Assembly (NCBI GenBank): GCA_964536985.1
Contig: CAZIBG010000002.1
Location: 18,738 to 82,737 of the forward strand
Source: an uncultured Candidatus Saccharibacteria bacterium
Lineage (GTDB): Bacteria; Patescibacteriota; Saccharimonadia; Saccharimonadales; AWTP1-31
DNA: 64,000 nt
Direction: 5' to 3'
Of this stretch, positions 1 through 9,273 are shown one piece after another (the first letter of the stretch is position 1; each line of letters opens with the position of its first letter). The notes below the pieces were generated by a model. It was not told where the DNA came from. It searched no databases and was given only the letters and a program-made list of their open reading frames with translations. The translations under genes were made by a program, and so were the position numbers.

Positions 1-942
1 TGAAATAACACTTTTAATCTGAGCAACATGCCCTGTATATAGGCCACCATTCCCTCGCATGATTTCGAATAGATCGTAGTTATGTTTCTGTGGCATGATA
101 GATGATCCCGTAAGAAAATCTGGCGGCAAGGAAAAGTAGTCATACTCGGATGTTGTAAACAACAGCATATCTGCGGCAAACTGACTGGCTAATATCATTA
201 CTGGCTCCAGTACTTGCAGCATTTGCATCTCGAAGAAGCCTCGACTGAGTCCGCAATATATTGGATTAGCTTGAGTTTGGGCGAATCCCAAATAATCTGT
301 CGTTAATTGTCTTTCCGGCACAATTGCTTGCCCCTTAAATCCAAATCCTGAACCTGATCCAAGAGGATTTTGATCTACCATTTTTCGCAATGGAATCAAG
401 AATCCACTTACGTCTTGAAGAGCCTGAGCATACGAATCAAGCCACTCACCTACACTTGTTGGCATAGCCTTTTGCATATGTGTATAGCCTGGCATGTCAT
501 ATCTGCTATTCTCTTTAGCGGCATGCGACAAACTACTTTCAAGAATGTGGATCAGTTGGCTTATTATCTCCAACTGATCCTTCATATACAGACGTAGCAT
601 AACTAAAGACTGGTCATTGCGGCTTCTTAGGAAGTGTACCTTCTTGGCAATATTCCCCGTTTTTTCGATTAAGTACGACTCTAGAAAACTGTGCCCATCC
701 TCGAAGTCTTCGGGTATAGCGAAGCTTTGTGGCAAATCTTGGGCTAACAAATCGAGCTCCTCGACAAGCTTATTGCACTCTTTCTTAGTCAGGATTTCGA
801 TCGCCATCAACATGTTTATGTGCGCTTTGGTTGCGTGTATGTCATAGGCCAGTAGCTTACCATCAACTATGTTATCATTGCCTTTAGTATACCGTTCCAC
901 CAAAGGGTTTATATTGTAGTCACCCCAGATTTTTTTAGTCAT
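1..942 (-). CDS. argH: Argininosuccinate lyase, N-terminal ~314 codons of the copy-1 gene; the 3' end lies beyond the window edge
   Basis: Sequence is identical to 4239..5180 of the complete copy-2 gene. Confidence 0.8.
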   Translation of the reverse strand, partial: MTKKIWGDYNINPLVERYTKGNDNIVDGKLLAYDIHATKAHINMLMAIEILTKKECNKLVEELDLLAQDLPQSFAIPEDFEDGHSFLESYLIEKTGNIAKKVHFLRSRNDQSLVMLRLYMKDQLEIISQLIHILESSLSHAAKENSRYDMPGYTHMQKAMPTSVGEWLDSYAQALQDVSGFLIPLRKMVDQNPLGSGSGFGFKGQAIVPERQLTTDYLGFAQTQANPIYCGLSRGFFEMQMLQVLEPVMILASQFAADMLLFTTSEYDYFSLPPDFLTGSSIMPQKHNYDLFEIMRGNGGLYTGHVAQIKSVIS

Positions 943-1462
943 GAGTATCTCCGGCCGGAAAGTCGTAGGTAAATCTCTTTCTTCCCGCTTCGTTTATCTC
1001 TTCTTTACCCCACATCCAATAGCAACTACTTGTAAATCCCAGCTTCTTTGCAACCGACTGGGAATGAGAGTTAAAAAATCCCGTCACTCCTTGTGCAGCC
1101 GGTTGATCGTTATAGAAACCATCGTCCGTTAGCATCAAAACGAGATCCGTATTAAGTCCCTTGCCTTGCCAATCGGGCAGCGTGGCGCATGAGCCAAGCA
1201 GCAAATAGTGGTGCGATTGCCAACTGTCATGGTTTCGCTTGTCCACTATTTCTTCTACTGATTTAATACTTGCCATGGCGACCACAATACCTTCGATGAC
1301 AGTAATTGCGGTGGCCTTGTTCTCCATCAAACTCTCCACGCTAACCGGCAGCATTTCAGCTTGTTCCTGCGCATACTGCACTATCGGTCCAAAATCCGCC
1401 TCAGTTGGATGCGGAAATTGACCATTTTCTATTATTCCTTGTAACATATATTTCCTTAACAA
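935..1462 (-). CDS. GNAT-family N-acetyltransferase (copy 1); overlaps the argH start and is probably co-transcribed
   Basis: 175 aa with a Q/R-x-x-G-x-G-like motif (LPDWQGKGL). Its 8-bp overlap with the argH start suggests an amino-acid acetyltransferase linked to arginine biosynthesis. Confidence 0.55.
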   Translation of the reverse strand: MLRKYMLQGIIENGQFPHPTEADFGPIVQYAQEQAEMLPVSVESLMENKATAITVIEGIVVAMASIKSVEEIVDKRNHDSWQSHHYLLLGSCATLPDWQGKGLNTDLVLMLTDDGFYNDQPAAQGVTGFFNSHSQSVAKKLGFTSSCYWMWGKEEINEAGRKRFTYDFPAGDTHD

Positions 1463-1468
1463 ATTAAA

Positions 1469-1491
1469 AGCCCCTTATGAACAAAGGGGCT
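1469..1491 (-). terminator. Intrinsic terminator hairpin for the upstream 235-aa gene (copy 1)
   Basis: Stem agcccctt / aaggggct with a 7-nt loop, followed on the minus strand by tttaattt. Confidence 0.5.
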
Positions 1492-1620
1492 GCTAAGGCT
1501 TATATATTTAGAGTAATCTCAAGAGCAGTCCCCGGACATACGGGTGCTGCGGCGGTTCTGTAGGATAGTGAAGTTTGAGATCTTCATAAACACTACGATA
1601 CCATGCTATTACGTTAATGT

Positions 1621-2328
1621 CTACTCTTCTGAGAATAGGTATTTACAAAACTCTGGTCCACGTTCGGAAACACTTGTAATGCTTTCGTCGATAACTACAT
1701 CCACTCCAAATTCGCCAACATCTTTTTTAGCGAACTGTTCTTCGGTTTCATGATGTACGAAAACGGAGTCTCCGTTTTGGCTACTGAAGCCGTTAACTTG
1801 GTTTTCTAGTTCGGCTTTAAGCGCGCAGGATAGTTCCTCTTGGTCGGAATATCTACTATCTGTAATGAAACTCGCTTTTTTTACCTGAACAACATCACCT
1901 ATAAGCTGTAACCGTAATTTGGTGGTGTCTTCGAACTCTTCTGGCTCAAGAGCCCACACTTCGCCAGTTACACCAAATCTAGCACCAGAACTGGTAGTCA
2001 AAATCTTATCGAGAGGCTTATGATCGAACTCCTCAACCACGTCAGCTTTGTCGGCTATTGTCATGGCTTTGCGGATTGTTGGTATTAAGCCAATTGTAAC
2101 GCCTAGAATAACTGGTGCGAGTGCCACGCAAGCAGCTTTCTTGAGCTGCTCACGAGAAGGAGTCCTTCTTTTCTTTTCTATAGGAGCGGCGGCGGCGCGC
2201 TCTGCTAACCAGTCGTTGCGGGCAGATGTCACAAAGCGTTCTAGCTCATGATCGCCAATGCTACGGTAGTTTTGGTCCATGACTAGATCTCTTCCCACAC
2301 CTTTTTTTGCGCTTCTAGTAAATCCCAA
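1621..2328 (-). CDS. Hypothetical membrane-anchored protein (copy 1)
   Basis: 235-aa ORF with a hydrophobic segment (ALAPVILGVTIGLIPTI). No recognisable domain. The start is uncertain because it overlaps the upstream gene by 46 bp. Confidence 0.45.
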   Translation of the reverse strand: MGFTRSAKKGVGRDLVMDQNYRSIGDHELERFVTSARNDWLAERAAAAPIEKKRRTPSREQLKKAACVALAPVILGVTIGLIPTIRKAMTIADKADVVEEFDHKPLDKILTTSSGARFGVTGEVWALEPEEFEDTTKLRLQLIGDVVQVKKASFITDSRYSDQEELSCALKAELENQVNGFSSQNGDSVFVHHETEEQFAKKDVGEFGVDVVIDESITSVSERGPEFCKYLFSEE

Positions 2329-3752
2329 CCGGCCCAGTTTGGCACATCCGCAACAGCAACAAAGACGCCGTCAGGATACGTATTGTCACGTTCTTCTTCT
2401 GCAACACGATACTCCTGATGTACTCCTGTAATTTCTGCACCAGAGCCTCCGGCAACAATTTTGAGTGCTCGCATGAACTCATCCATGCCTCTGTTGTCGA
2501 AATTTAACAAGTCATAGTCTGGCATGCCGTCTTCGCTAAAACCTGAACCGCGGGTGGTCATAGTTAGTATCTGTCGATTCTCTTCGTCAAAATGCAAACG
2601 CACGTAATTGTTGTAGTCGAGTCCGCCAACATTCACATCTAACTCCGGGTAATCTAGCCGGTTTTGACTGATAGAATTATTCAGATATAGACCGTCAACT
2701 TCCGCTATATAGGGGTCGTCGACACTTTTCTTATAGCCAACTTCGTAGCGCGAAAGCATCCTATCTAACACCGTACTTTTTGCTTCTAAGGCCAGATATA
2801 TTGCTTCGTCGGCAATATTATCCTGGTCAACAAGCTGTGCTAGAAGACCCGATAAATAATCGGATGTTCTGTCGCCTAAACCAGGCTTTGAATGGTTAAG
2901 CATGTCTACCAGGGCAGTTATTGTAGGCAAAGTACGTGATTCCAAACTATATGTATCAGAATCTGTTCTTATGCGTCGTGCTGCCTGTGCGGGAGTCATC
3001 GCCCCTCGTGTAGCAGCCTCGGTATATCGATCTTGTTGCTCAGTCTCATCAAAATTAGTTCGCGCCCAAAGGTCAGCAACGTCAGCGGGGTTCAGTGTTA
3101 ATAAATCCATAAATTCATCAATAACAAGATTTCTATTCTTTGGGTCTAGCGGACAGTCTTTTTCAAATTGGCTTATGATATGATCCGTTAAAAGATATTC
3201 AGCGCCATGACTATGACGAGTTGCGTCTTGACCAATATAAATTCCAAAAACTTTATCACCACCAATAGACATCGATCGCTCACCCTCAAGTCCGTCGAAT
3301 GAAATTTGAATAGTGTCAACCTTGATGGCATCTAGAAGTTCGCGGGGCATTTTATCTACAAAGTTAAAAAAGCTTCTGAGTGCATAATCTGCGTCTTCAC
3401 GCTTCTCGCCAGCTAGTGTTCCGATGTTTCTGTCAAAACTGTAGCCGGTAGTTGCAATTCTGCTATTTACGGTTTCGACTAGAGCACCAGTTTCCGCCTC
3501 TTCGCCGAGATCTCCAATACCCAAGCCAACTTCCACGGGTTTTTCGCCGGCAGTCTTTAGATAATCATAGGTTTGGTACGTAAGGGCGTCACGTTCAAGG
3601 GTTGACATACGGCAAGCCACAGCACCAATCGGCTGTGTAGATAGTTCTGGACTTCGGTCGGCGCTGTTTATTGCGCTCTCCGTGGATACAGACGGGATTA
3701 GGCTAAGTGCTGCGATTGTTGCACCGGCACGTAACATATCGATGTTTTTCAT
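2283..3752 (-). CDS. Hypothetical secreted protein (copy 1)
   Basis: 489-aa ORF with an N-terminal signal-peptide-like segment (MKNIDMLRAGATIAALSLIPSVS). No recognisable catalytic motif. Confidence 0.55.
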   Translation of the reverse strand: MKNIDMLRAGATIAALSLIPSVSTESAINSADRSPELSTQPIGAVACRMSTLERDALTYQTYDYLKTAGEKPVEVGLGIGDLGEEAETGALVETVNSRIATTGYSFDRNIGTLAGEKREDADYALRSFFNFVDKMPRELLDAIKVDTIQISFDGLEGERSMSIGGDKVFGIYIGQDATRHSHGAEYLLTDHIISQFEKDCPLDPKNRNLVIDEFMDLLTLNPADVADLWARTNFDETEQQDRYTEAATRGAMTPAQAARRIRTDSDTYSLESRTLPTITALVDMLNHSKPGLGDRTSDYLSGLLAQLVDQDNIADEAIYLALEAKSTVLDRMLSRYEVGYKKSVDDPYIAEVDGLYLNNSISQNRLDYPELDVNVGGLDYNNYVRLHFDEENRQILTMTTRGSGFSEDGMPDYDLLNFDNRGMDEFMRALKIVAGGSGAEITGVHQEYRVAEEERDNTYPDGVFVAVADVPNWAGWDLLEAQKKVWEEI

Positions 3753-3820
3753 AAATTTCCTTCGTGTTATTTTCTGGTAGAGAGGGTCCAGAACACTCAG
3801 GATATGAGAGTTGCTAGTTG

Positions 3821-3870
3821 CCCGGTTACGCTACTGACTCCACAATACTCAAGCGTCCAAATTACGAGTT
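3821..3870. repeat. Conserved ~50-nt leader motif A (copy 1); related copies at 8059..8106 and 8257..8310
   Basis: Shared core ccggttacgctaYtgRctc...aagcgtccaRattac. A short stem acgct/agcgt is retained in all copies while the loop varies. Confidence 0.5.
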
Positions 3871-3986
3871 ATTGCTTCACGGTCTACAACCAAATTGCTT
3901 TGATTAACCACAGCGTACTATGGAAGTTTGTTTGCTGTCAACAAAGTTACATAAAATCTATACTTTTTAGATCTAAAATGTTGTAA

Positions 3987-5180
3987 TTACTGTGCTTCAT
4001 ACTCTTTTTTTATCTTAATATAGGCATCTCTAAATGGTAGACCACTCGCAACAAGGTCGTTAGCCTTTTGCGTTAAATACAAGTCGGGGCTCATGGCTGC
4101 ATCTAATTTTTGCTTGTTCACCACAATAACATCTACAGAATCAGTCCAAACATTTATGGTTGAAGTTAACAATTCCAGTCCCTCTATGAATGGTTTTTTA
4201 GTGAGCTGCAGGTCTCTCTGATAGCCTGATGTTTTCTTTGAAATAACACTTTTAATCTGAGCAACATGCCCTGTATATAGGCCACCATTCCCTCGCATGA
4301 TTTCGAATAGATCGTAGTTATGTTTCTGTGGCATGATAGATGATCCCGTAAGAAAATCTGGCGGCAAGGAAAAGTAGTCATACTCGGATGTTGTAAACAA
4401 CAGCATATCTGCGGCAAACTGACTGGCTAATATCATTACTGGCTCCAGTACTTGCAGCATTTGCATCTCGAAGAAGCCTCGACTGAGTCCGCAATATATT
4501 GGATTAGCTTGAGTTTGGGCGAATCCCAAATAATCTGTCGTTAATTGTCTTTCCGGCACAATTGCTTGCCCCTTAAATCCAAATCCTGAACCTGATCCAA
4601 GAGGATTTTGATCTACCATTTTTCGCAATGGAATCAAGAATCCACTTACGTCTTGAAGAGCCTGAGCATACGAATCAAGCCACTCACCTACACTTGTTGG
4701 CATAGCCTTTTGCATATGTGTATAGCCTGGCATGTCATATCTGCTATTCTCTTTAGCGGCATGCGACAAACTACTTTCAAGAATGTGGATCAGTTGGCTT
4801 ATTATCTCCAACTGATCCTTCATATACAGACGTAGCATAACTAAAGACTGGTCATTGCGGCTTCTTAGGAAGTGTACCTTCTTGGCAATATTCCCCGTTT
4901 TTTCGATTAAGTACGACTCTAGAAAACTGTGCCCATCCTCGAAGTCTTCGGGTATAGCGAAGCTTTGTGGCAAATCTTGGGCTAACAAATCGAGCTCCTC
5001 GACAAGCTTATTGCACTCTTTCTTAGTCAGGATTTCGATCGCCATCAACATGTTTATGTGCGCTTTGGTTGCGTGTATGTCATAGGCCAGTAGCTTACCA
5101 TCAACTATGTTATCATTGCCTTTAGTATACCGTTCCACCAAAGGGTTTATATTGTAGTCACCCCAGATTTTTTTAGTCAT
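3987..5180 (-). CDS. argH: Argininosuccinate lyase (copy 2, complete)
   Basis: 397 aa with the fumarate-lyase family signature GSSIMPQKHN and overall ArgH-like layout. Confidence 0.85.
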   Translation of the reverse strand: MTKKIWGDYNINPLVERYTKGNDNIVDGKLLAYDIHATKAHINMLMAIEILTKKECNKLVEELDLLAQDLPQSFAIPEDFEDGHSFLESYLIEKTGNIAKKVHFLRSRNDQSLVMLRLYMKDQLEIISQLIHILESSLSHAAKENSRYDMPGYTHMQKAMPTSVGEWLDSYAQALQDVSGFLIPLRKMVDQNPLGSGSGFGFKGQAIVPERQLTTDYLGFAQTQANPIYCGLSRGFFEMQMLQVLEPVMILASQFAADMLLFTTSEYDYFSLPPDFLTGSSIMPQKHNYDLFEIMRGNGGLYTGHVAQIKSVISKKTSGYQRDLQLTKKPFIEGLELLTSTINVWTDSVDVIVVNKQKLDAAMSPDLYLTQKANDLVASGLPFRDAYIKIKKEYEAQ

Positions 5181-5700
5181 GAGTATCTCCGGCCGGAAAG
5201 TCGTAGGTAAATCTCTTTCTTCCCGCTTCGTTTATCTCTTCTTTACCCCACATCCAATAGCAACTACTTGTAAATCCCAGCTTCTTTGCAACCGACTGGG
5301 AATGAGAGTTAAAAAATCCCGTCACTCCTTGTGCAGCCGGTTGATCGTTATAGAAACCATCGTCCGTTAGCATCAAAACGAGATCCGTATTAAGTCCCTT
5401 GCCTTGCCAATCGGGCAGCGTGGCGCATGAGCCAAGCAGCAAATAGTGGTGCGATTGCCAACTGTCATGGTTTCGCTTGTCCACTATTTCTTCTACTGAT
5501 TTAATACTTGCCATGGCGACCACAATACCTTCGATGACAGTAATTGCGGTGGCCTTGTTCTCCATCAAACTCTCCACGCTAACCGGCAGCATTTCAGCTT
5601 GTTCCTGCGCATACTGCACTATCGGTCCAAAATCCGCCTCAGTTGGATGCGGAAATTGACCATTTTCTATTATTCCTTGTAACATATATTTCCTTAACAA
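5173..5700 (-). CDS. GNAT-family N-acetyltransferase (copy 2)
   Basis: Identical to 935..1462. Confidence 0.55.
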   Translation of the reverse strand: MLRKYMLQGIIENGQFPHPTEADFGPIVQYAQEQAEMLPVSVESLMENKATAITVIEGIVVAMASIKSVEEIVDKRNHDSWQSHHYLLLGSCATLPDWQGKGLNTDLVLMLTDDGFYNDQPAAQGVTGFFNSHSQSVAKKLGFTSSCYWMWGKEEINEAGRKRFTYDFPAGDTHD

Positions 5701-5706
5701 ATTAAA

Positions 5707-5729
5707 AGCCCCTTATGAACAAAGGGGCT
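5707..5729 (-). terminator. Intrinsic terminator hairpin (copy 2 of 1469..1491)
   Basis: Identical hairpin plus T-run. Confidence 0.5.
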
Positions 5730-5858
5730 GCTAAGGCTTATATATTTAGAGTAATCTCAAGAGCAGTCCCCGGACATACGGGTGCTGCGGCGGTTCTGTA
5801 GGATAGTGAAGTTTGAGATCTTCATAAACACTACGATACCATGCTATTACGTTAATGT

Positions 5859-6566
5859 CTACTCTTCTGAGAATAGGTATTTACAAAACTCTGGTCCACG
5901 TTCGGAAACACTTGTAATGCTTTCGTCGATAACTACATCCACTCCAAATTCGCCAACATCTTTTTTAGCGAACTGTTCTTCGGTTTCATGATGTACGAAA
6001 ACGGAGTCTCCGTTTTGGCTACTGAAGCCGTTAACTTGGTTTTCTAGTTCGGCTTTAAGCGCGCAGGATAGTTCCTCTTGGTCGGAATATCTACTATCTG
6101 TAATGAAACTCGCTTTTTTTACCTGAACAACATCACCTATAAGCTGTAACCGTAATTTGGTGGTGTCTTCGAACTCTTCTGGCTCAAGAGCCCACACTTC
6201 GCCAGTTACACCAAATCTAGCACCAGAACTGGTAGTCAAAATCTTATCGAGAGGCTTATGATCGAACTCCTCAACCACGTCAGCTTTGTCGGCTATTGTC
6301 ATGGCTTTGCGGATTGTTGGTATTAAGCCAATTGTAACGCCTAGAATAACTGGTGCGAGTGCCACGCAAGCAGCTTTCTTGAGCTGCTCACGAGAAGGAG
6401 TCCTTCTTTTCTTTTCTATAGGAGCGGCGGCGGCGCGCTCTGCTAACCAGTCGTTGCGGGCAGATGTCACAAAGCGTTCTAGCTCATGATCGCCAATGCT
6501 ACGGTAGTTTTGGTCCATGACTAGATCTCTTCCCACACCTTTTTTTGCGCTTCTAGTAAATCCCAA
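5859..6566 (-). CDS. Hypothetical membrane-anchored protein (copy 2)
   Basis: Identical to 1621..2328. Confidence 0.45.
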   Translation of the reverse strand: MGFTRSAKKGVGRDLVMDQNYRSIGDHELERFVTSARNDWLAERAAAAPIEKKRRTPSREQLKKAACVALAPVILGVTIGLIPTIRKAMTIADKADVVEEFDHKPLDKILTTSSGARFGVTGEVWALEPEEFEDTTKLRLQLIGDVVQVKKASFITDSRYSDQEELSCALKAELENQVNGFSSQNGDSVFVHHETEEQFAKKDVGEFGVDVVIDESITSVSERGPEFCKYLFSEE

Positions 6567-7990
6567 CCGGCCCAGTTTGGCACATCCGCAACAGCAACAA
6601 AGACGCCGTCAGGATACGTATTGTCACGTTCTTCTTCTGCAACACGATACTCCTGATGTACTCCTGTAATTTCTGCACCAGAGCCTCCGGCAACAATTTT
6701 GAGTGCTCGCATGAACTCATCCATGCCTCTGTTGTCGAAATTTAACAAGTCATAGTCTGGCATGCCGTCTTCGCTAAAACCTGAACCGCGGGTGGTCATA
6801 GTTAGTATCTGTCGATTCTCTTCGTCAAAATGCAAACGCACGTAATTGTTGTAGTCGAGTCCGCCAACATTCACATCTAACTCCGGGTAATCTAGCCGGT
6901 TTTGACTGATAGAATTATTCAGATATAGACCGTCAACTTCCGCTATATAGGGGTCGTCGACACTTTTCTTATAGCCAACTTCGTAGCGCGAAAGCATCCT
7001 ATCTAACACCGTACTTTTTGCTTCTAAGGCCAGATATATTGCTTCGTCGGCAATATTATCCTGGTCAACAAGCTGTGCTAGAAGACCCGATAAATAATCG
7101 GATGTTCTGTCGCCTAAACCAGGCTTTGAATGGTTAAGCATGTCTACCAGGGCAGTTATTGTAGGCAAAGTACGTGATTCCAAACTATATGTATCAGAAT
7201 CTGTTCTTATGCGTCGTGCTGCCTGTGCGGGAGTCATCGCCCCTCGTGTAGCAGCCTCGGTATATCGATCTTGTTGCTCAGTCTCATCAAAATTAGTTCG
7301 CGCCCAAAGGTCAGCAACGTCAGCGGGGTTCAGTGTTAATAAATCCATAAATTCATCAATAACAAGATTTCTATTCTTTGGGTCTAGCGGACAGTCTTTT
7401 TCAAATTGGCTTATGATATGATCCGTTAAAAGATATTCAGCGCCATGACTATGACGAGTTGCGTCTTGACCAATATAAATTCCAAAAACTTTATCACCAC
7501 CAATAGACATCGATCGCTCACCCTCAAGTCCGTCGAATGAAATTTGAATAGTGTCAACCTTGATGGCATCTAGAAGTTCGCGGGGCATTTTATCTACAAA
7601 GTTAAAAAAGCTTCTGAGTGCATAATCTGCGTCTTCACGCTTCTCGCCAGCTAGTGTTCCGATGTTTCTGTCAAAACTGTAGCCGGTAGTTGCAATTCTG
7701 CTATTTACGGTTTCGACTAGAGCACCAGTTTCCGCCTCTTCGCCGAGATCTCCAATACCCAAGCCAACTTCCACGGGTTTTTCGCCGGCAGTCTTTAGAT
7801 AATCATAGGTTTGGTACGTAAGGGCGTCACGTTCAAGGGTTGACATACGGCAAGCCACAGCACCAATCGGCTGTGTAGATAGTTCTGGACTTCGGTCGGC
7901 GCTGTTTATTGCGCTCTCCGTGGATACAGACGGGATTAGGCTAAGTGCTGCGATTGTTGCACCGGCACGTAACATATCGATGTTTTTCAT
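6521..7990 (-). CDS. Hypothetical secreted protein (copy 2)
   Basis: Identical to 2283..3752. Confidence 0.55.
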   Translation of the reverse strand: MKNIDMLRAGATIAALSLIPSVSTESAINSADRSPELSTQPIGAVACRMSTLERDALTYQTYDYLKTAGEKPVEVGLGIGDLGEEAETGALVETVNSRIATTGYSFDRNIGTLAGEKREDADYALRSFFNFVDKMPRELLDAIKVDTIQISFDGLEGERSMSIGGDKVFGIYIGQDATRHSHGAEYLLTDHIISQFEKDCPLDPKNRNLVIDEFMDLLTLNPADVADLWARTNFDETEQQDRYTEAATRGAMTPAQAARRIRTDSDTYSLESRTLPTITALVDMLNHSKPGLGDRTSDYLSGLLAQLVDQDNIADEAIYLALEAKSTVLDRMLSRYEVGYKKSVDDPYIAEVDGLYLNNSISQNRLDYPELDVNVGGLDYNNYVRLHFDEENRQILTMTTRGSGFSEDGMPDYDLLNFDNRGMDEFMRALKIVAGGSGAEITGVHQEYRVAEEERDNTYPDGVFVAVADVPNWAGWDLLEAQKKVWEEI

Positions 7991-8147
7991 AAATTTCCTT
8001 CGTGTTATTTTCTGGTAGAGAGGGTCCAGAACACTCAGGATATGAGAGTTGCTAGTTGCCCGGTTACGCTACTGACTCCACAATACTCAAGCGTCCAAAT
8101 ACGAGTATTGCTTCACGGTCTACAACCAAATTACTTTGATTAGAAAT

Positions 8148-8176
8148 ATAATACGTCTTTGTGGATTGTTTGTCAA
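8148..8176 (-). promoter_or_regulatory. Sigma70-like promoter for the copy-2 secreted-protein gene
   Basis: On the minus strand: TTGACA, 17-bp spacer, TATTAT. It lies right at the duplication boundary, so copy 1 does not have this promoter. Confidence 0.4.
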
Positions 8177-8207
8177 TAATTATGTATCGAATGTATTCAA
8201 TCAAAAA

Positions 8208-8229
8208 CCCCGGACATTTCTGTCCGGGG
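8208..8229 (-). terminator. Rho-independent terminator
   Basis: Perfect hairpin ccccggacatttctgtccgggg followed by ttttt on the minus strand. It lies downstream of the trhO stop. Confidence 0.7.
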
Positions 8230-8256
8230 AAACACCACCAGCTGTCTCTCCTGTCG

Positions 8257-8310
8257 TCCGGTTACGCTATTGGCTCATTCACGTATAAGCGTCCAGATTA
8301 CTACGTGAGT
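8257..8310. repeat. Motif B, related to leader motif A; it lies inside the candidate sRNA unit
   Basis: tccggttacgctattggctcattcacgtataagcgtccagattactacgtgagt, aligned to the A motif. Confidence 0.5.
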
Positions 8311-8385
8311 TCATCGCCTACGACAGAAATTGAGTAGGTGGTTCTTATTTTATATCCTATTGATTAGCGTTGTCAAGTATATGAA

Positions 8386-9273
8386 CTACGCTATATGTGC
8401 GGTTTTATCTGTAGTTTGATGAGAAACACAGTGAGTTTTTTGATCACAGTTATCACATACGAGTACCAGTTTGTTGCAAGAAACTTCGGCGCAGTTGATG
8501 TATCGACTAGTCTTGCCTTGGCAATGAATACAATCACCAATATCTTTTGATTTATCGCTAAAGCGATGTGTCATGCGGTCGTCAAAAATGTGAAGTGCGC
8601 CTTCCCAGAGACCATCATCACCATACTTTTCGCCGTATTTTACGATTCCACCATCTATTTGGTATACCTCTTTAAAGCCACGGTTCTTCATCAGGACACT
8701 AAGGGCTTCACATCGAATACCGCCCGTACAATACGTAACGATTGGCTTGTCCTTGATATCGGCATACTTATCGCCCTCTAATTCTGTTAGGAAATCTCTG
8801 GTAGTTTGGGTGTCAGGCACAACTGCATCTTTAAATTTACCAACTGCGGCTTCATAAGCGTTTCGACCATCGAAGAAGATAACATCGTCGCGTTCATTTA
8901 CTAAGGCATTAACCTGCTCTGGCTTGAGGTGTTTACCGCCACCAACTACGCCTTTATCGTTGACTACTATCTCGTCAGGTGCGCCAAAGCTAACCAGCTC
9001 ATCTCGGACTTTGACGCTGAGCCGCGGGAACTCTCGCCCGTCGCTATCGCTCCACTTATACATGATGCCTTTGAAAATAATTGAGCGATTCATTTCTCGC
9101 TTATATTCGCGGAGGTTTTCTATATCACCACCAAGAGTTCCATTAATACCATGCTTGCTGATAATGATGCGACCTTTTAGCTGAAGCCTGCTGCAAAGCT
9201 CCTTTTGCCAACGCATAGTAATAGCCGCGTCAGCGACAGGCACAAATTTATAGTAAAGGATAACTTTATTCAT
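8386..9273 (-). CDS. trhO: Rhodanese-domain tRNA U34 hydroxylase (TrhO/YceA family)
   Basis: 295 aa. The N-terminus (ILYYKFVPVADA) and a rhodanese CTGGIRCE cysteine loop are typical of the YceA/TrhO family. A tataat box sits 8 nt upstream of the ATG. Confidence 0.7.
   Translation of the reverse strand: MNKVILYYKFVPVADAAITMRWQKELCSRLQLKGRIIISKHGINGTLGGDIENLREYKREMNRSIIFKGIMYKWSDSDGREFPRLSVKVRDELVSFGAPDEIVVNDKGVVGGGKHLKPEQVNALVNERDDVIFFDGRNAYEAAVGKFKDAVVPDTQTTRDFLTELEGDKYADIKDKPIVTYCTGGIRCEALSVLMKNRGFKEVYQIDGGIVKYGEKYGDDGLWEGALHIFDDRMTHRFSDKSKDIGDCIHCQGKTSRYINCAEVSCNKLVLVCDNCDQKTHCVSHQTTDKTAHIA

Larger units (their letters stand above)
1..3907. repeat. Copy 1 of a ~4.24-kb tandem direct duplication; coordinate i matches i+4238, and the window starts inside the unit
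   Basis: Positions 1.. match 4239.. exactly. Every ORF in 370..3752, including spurious small ones, is repeated at +4238 with an identical translation. Identity decays only in the last ~60 bp before 3907. Confidence 0.95.
4239..8145. repeat. Copy 2 of the ~4.24-kb tandem duplication
   Basis: Same as copy 1. Divergence from copy 1 begins at about 8146 (copy 1 about 3908). Confidence 0.95.
8203..8340 (-). ncRNA. Candidate small RNA or 3'UTR-derived RNA: promoter to intrinsic terminator unit downstream of trhO
   Basis: On the minus strand a TTGACA, ~16-17 bp spacer, TATAAA/TAAAAT promoter starts about 10 nt after the trhO stop. About 130 nt follow, including motif B, ending at a perfect GC hairpin plus TTTTT. 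No ORF is present. Confidence 0.3.

Noticed and set aside
3816-3876. Motif A as a possible tRNA or tRNA fragment
   Set aside because: Neither strand gives a T-arm, anticodon arm or acceptor pairing.
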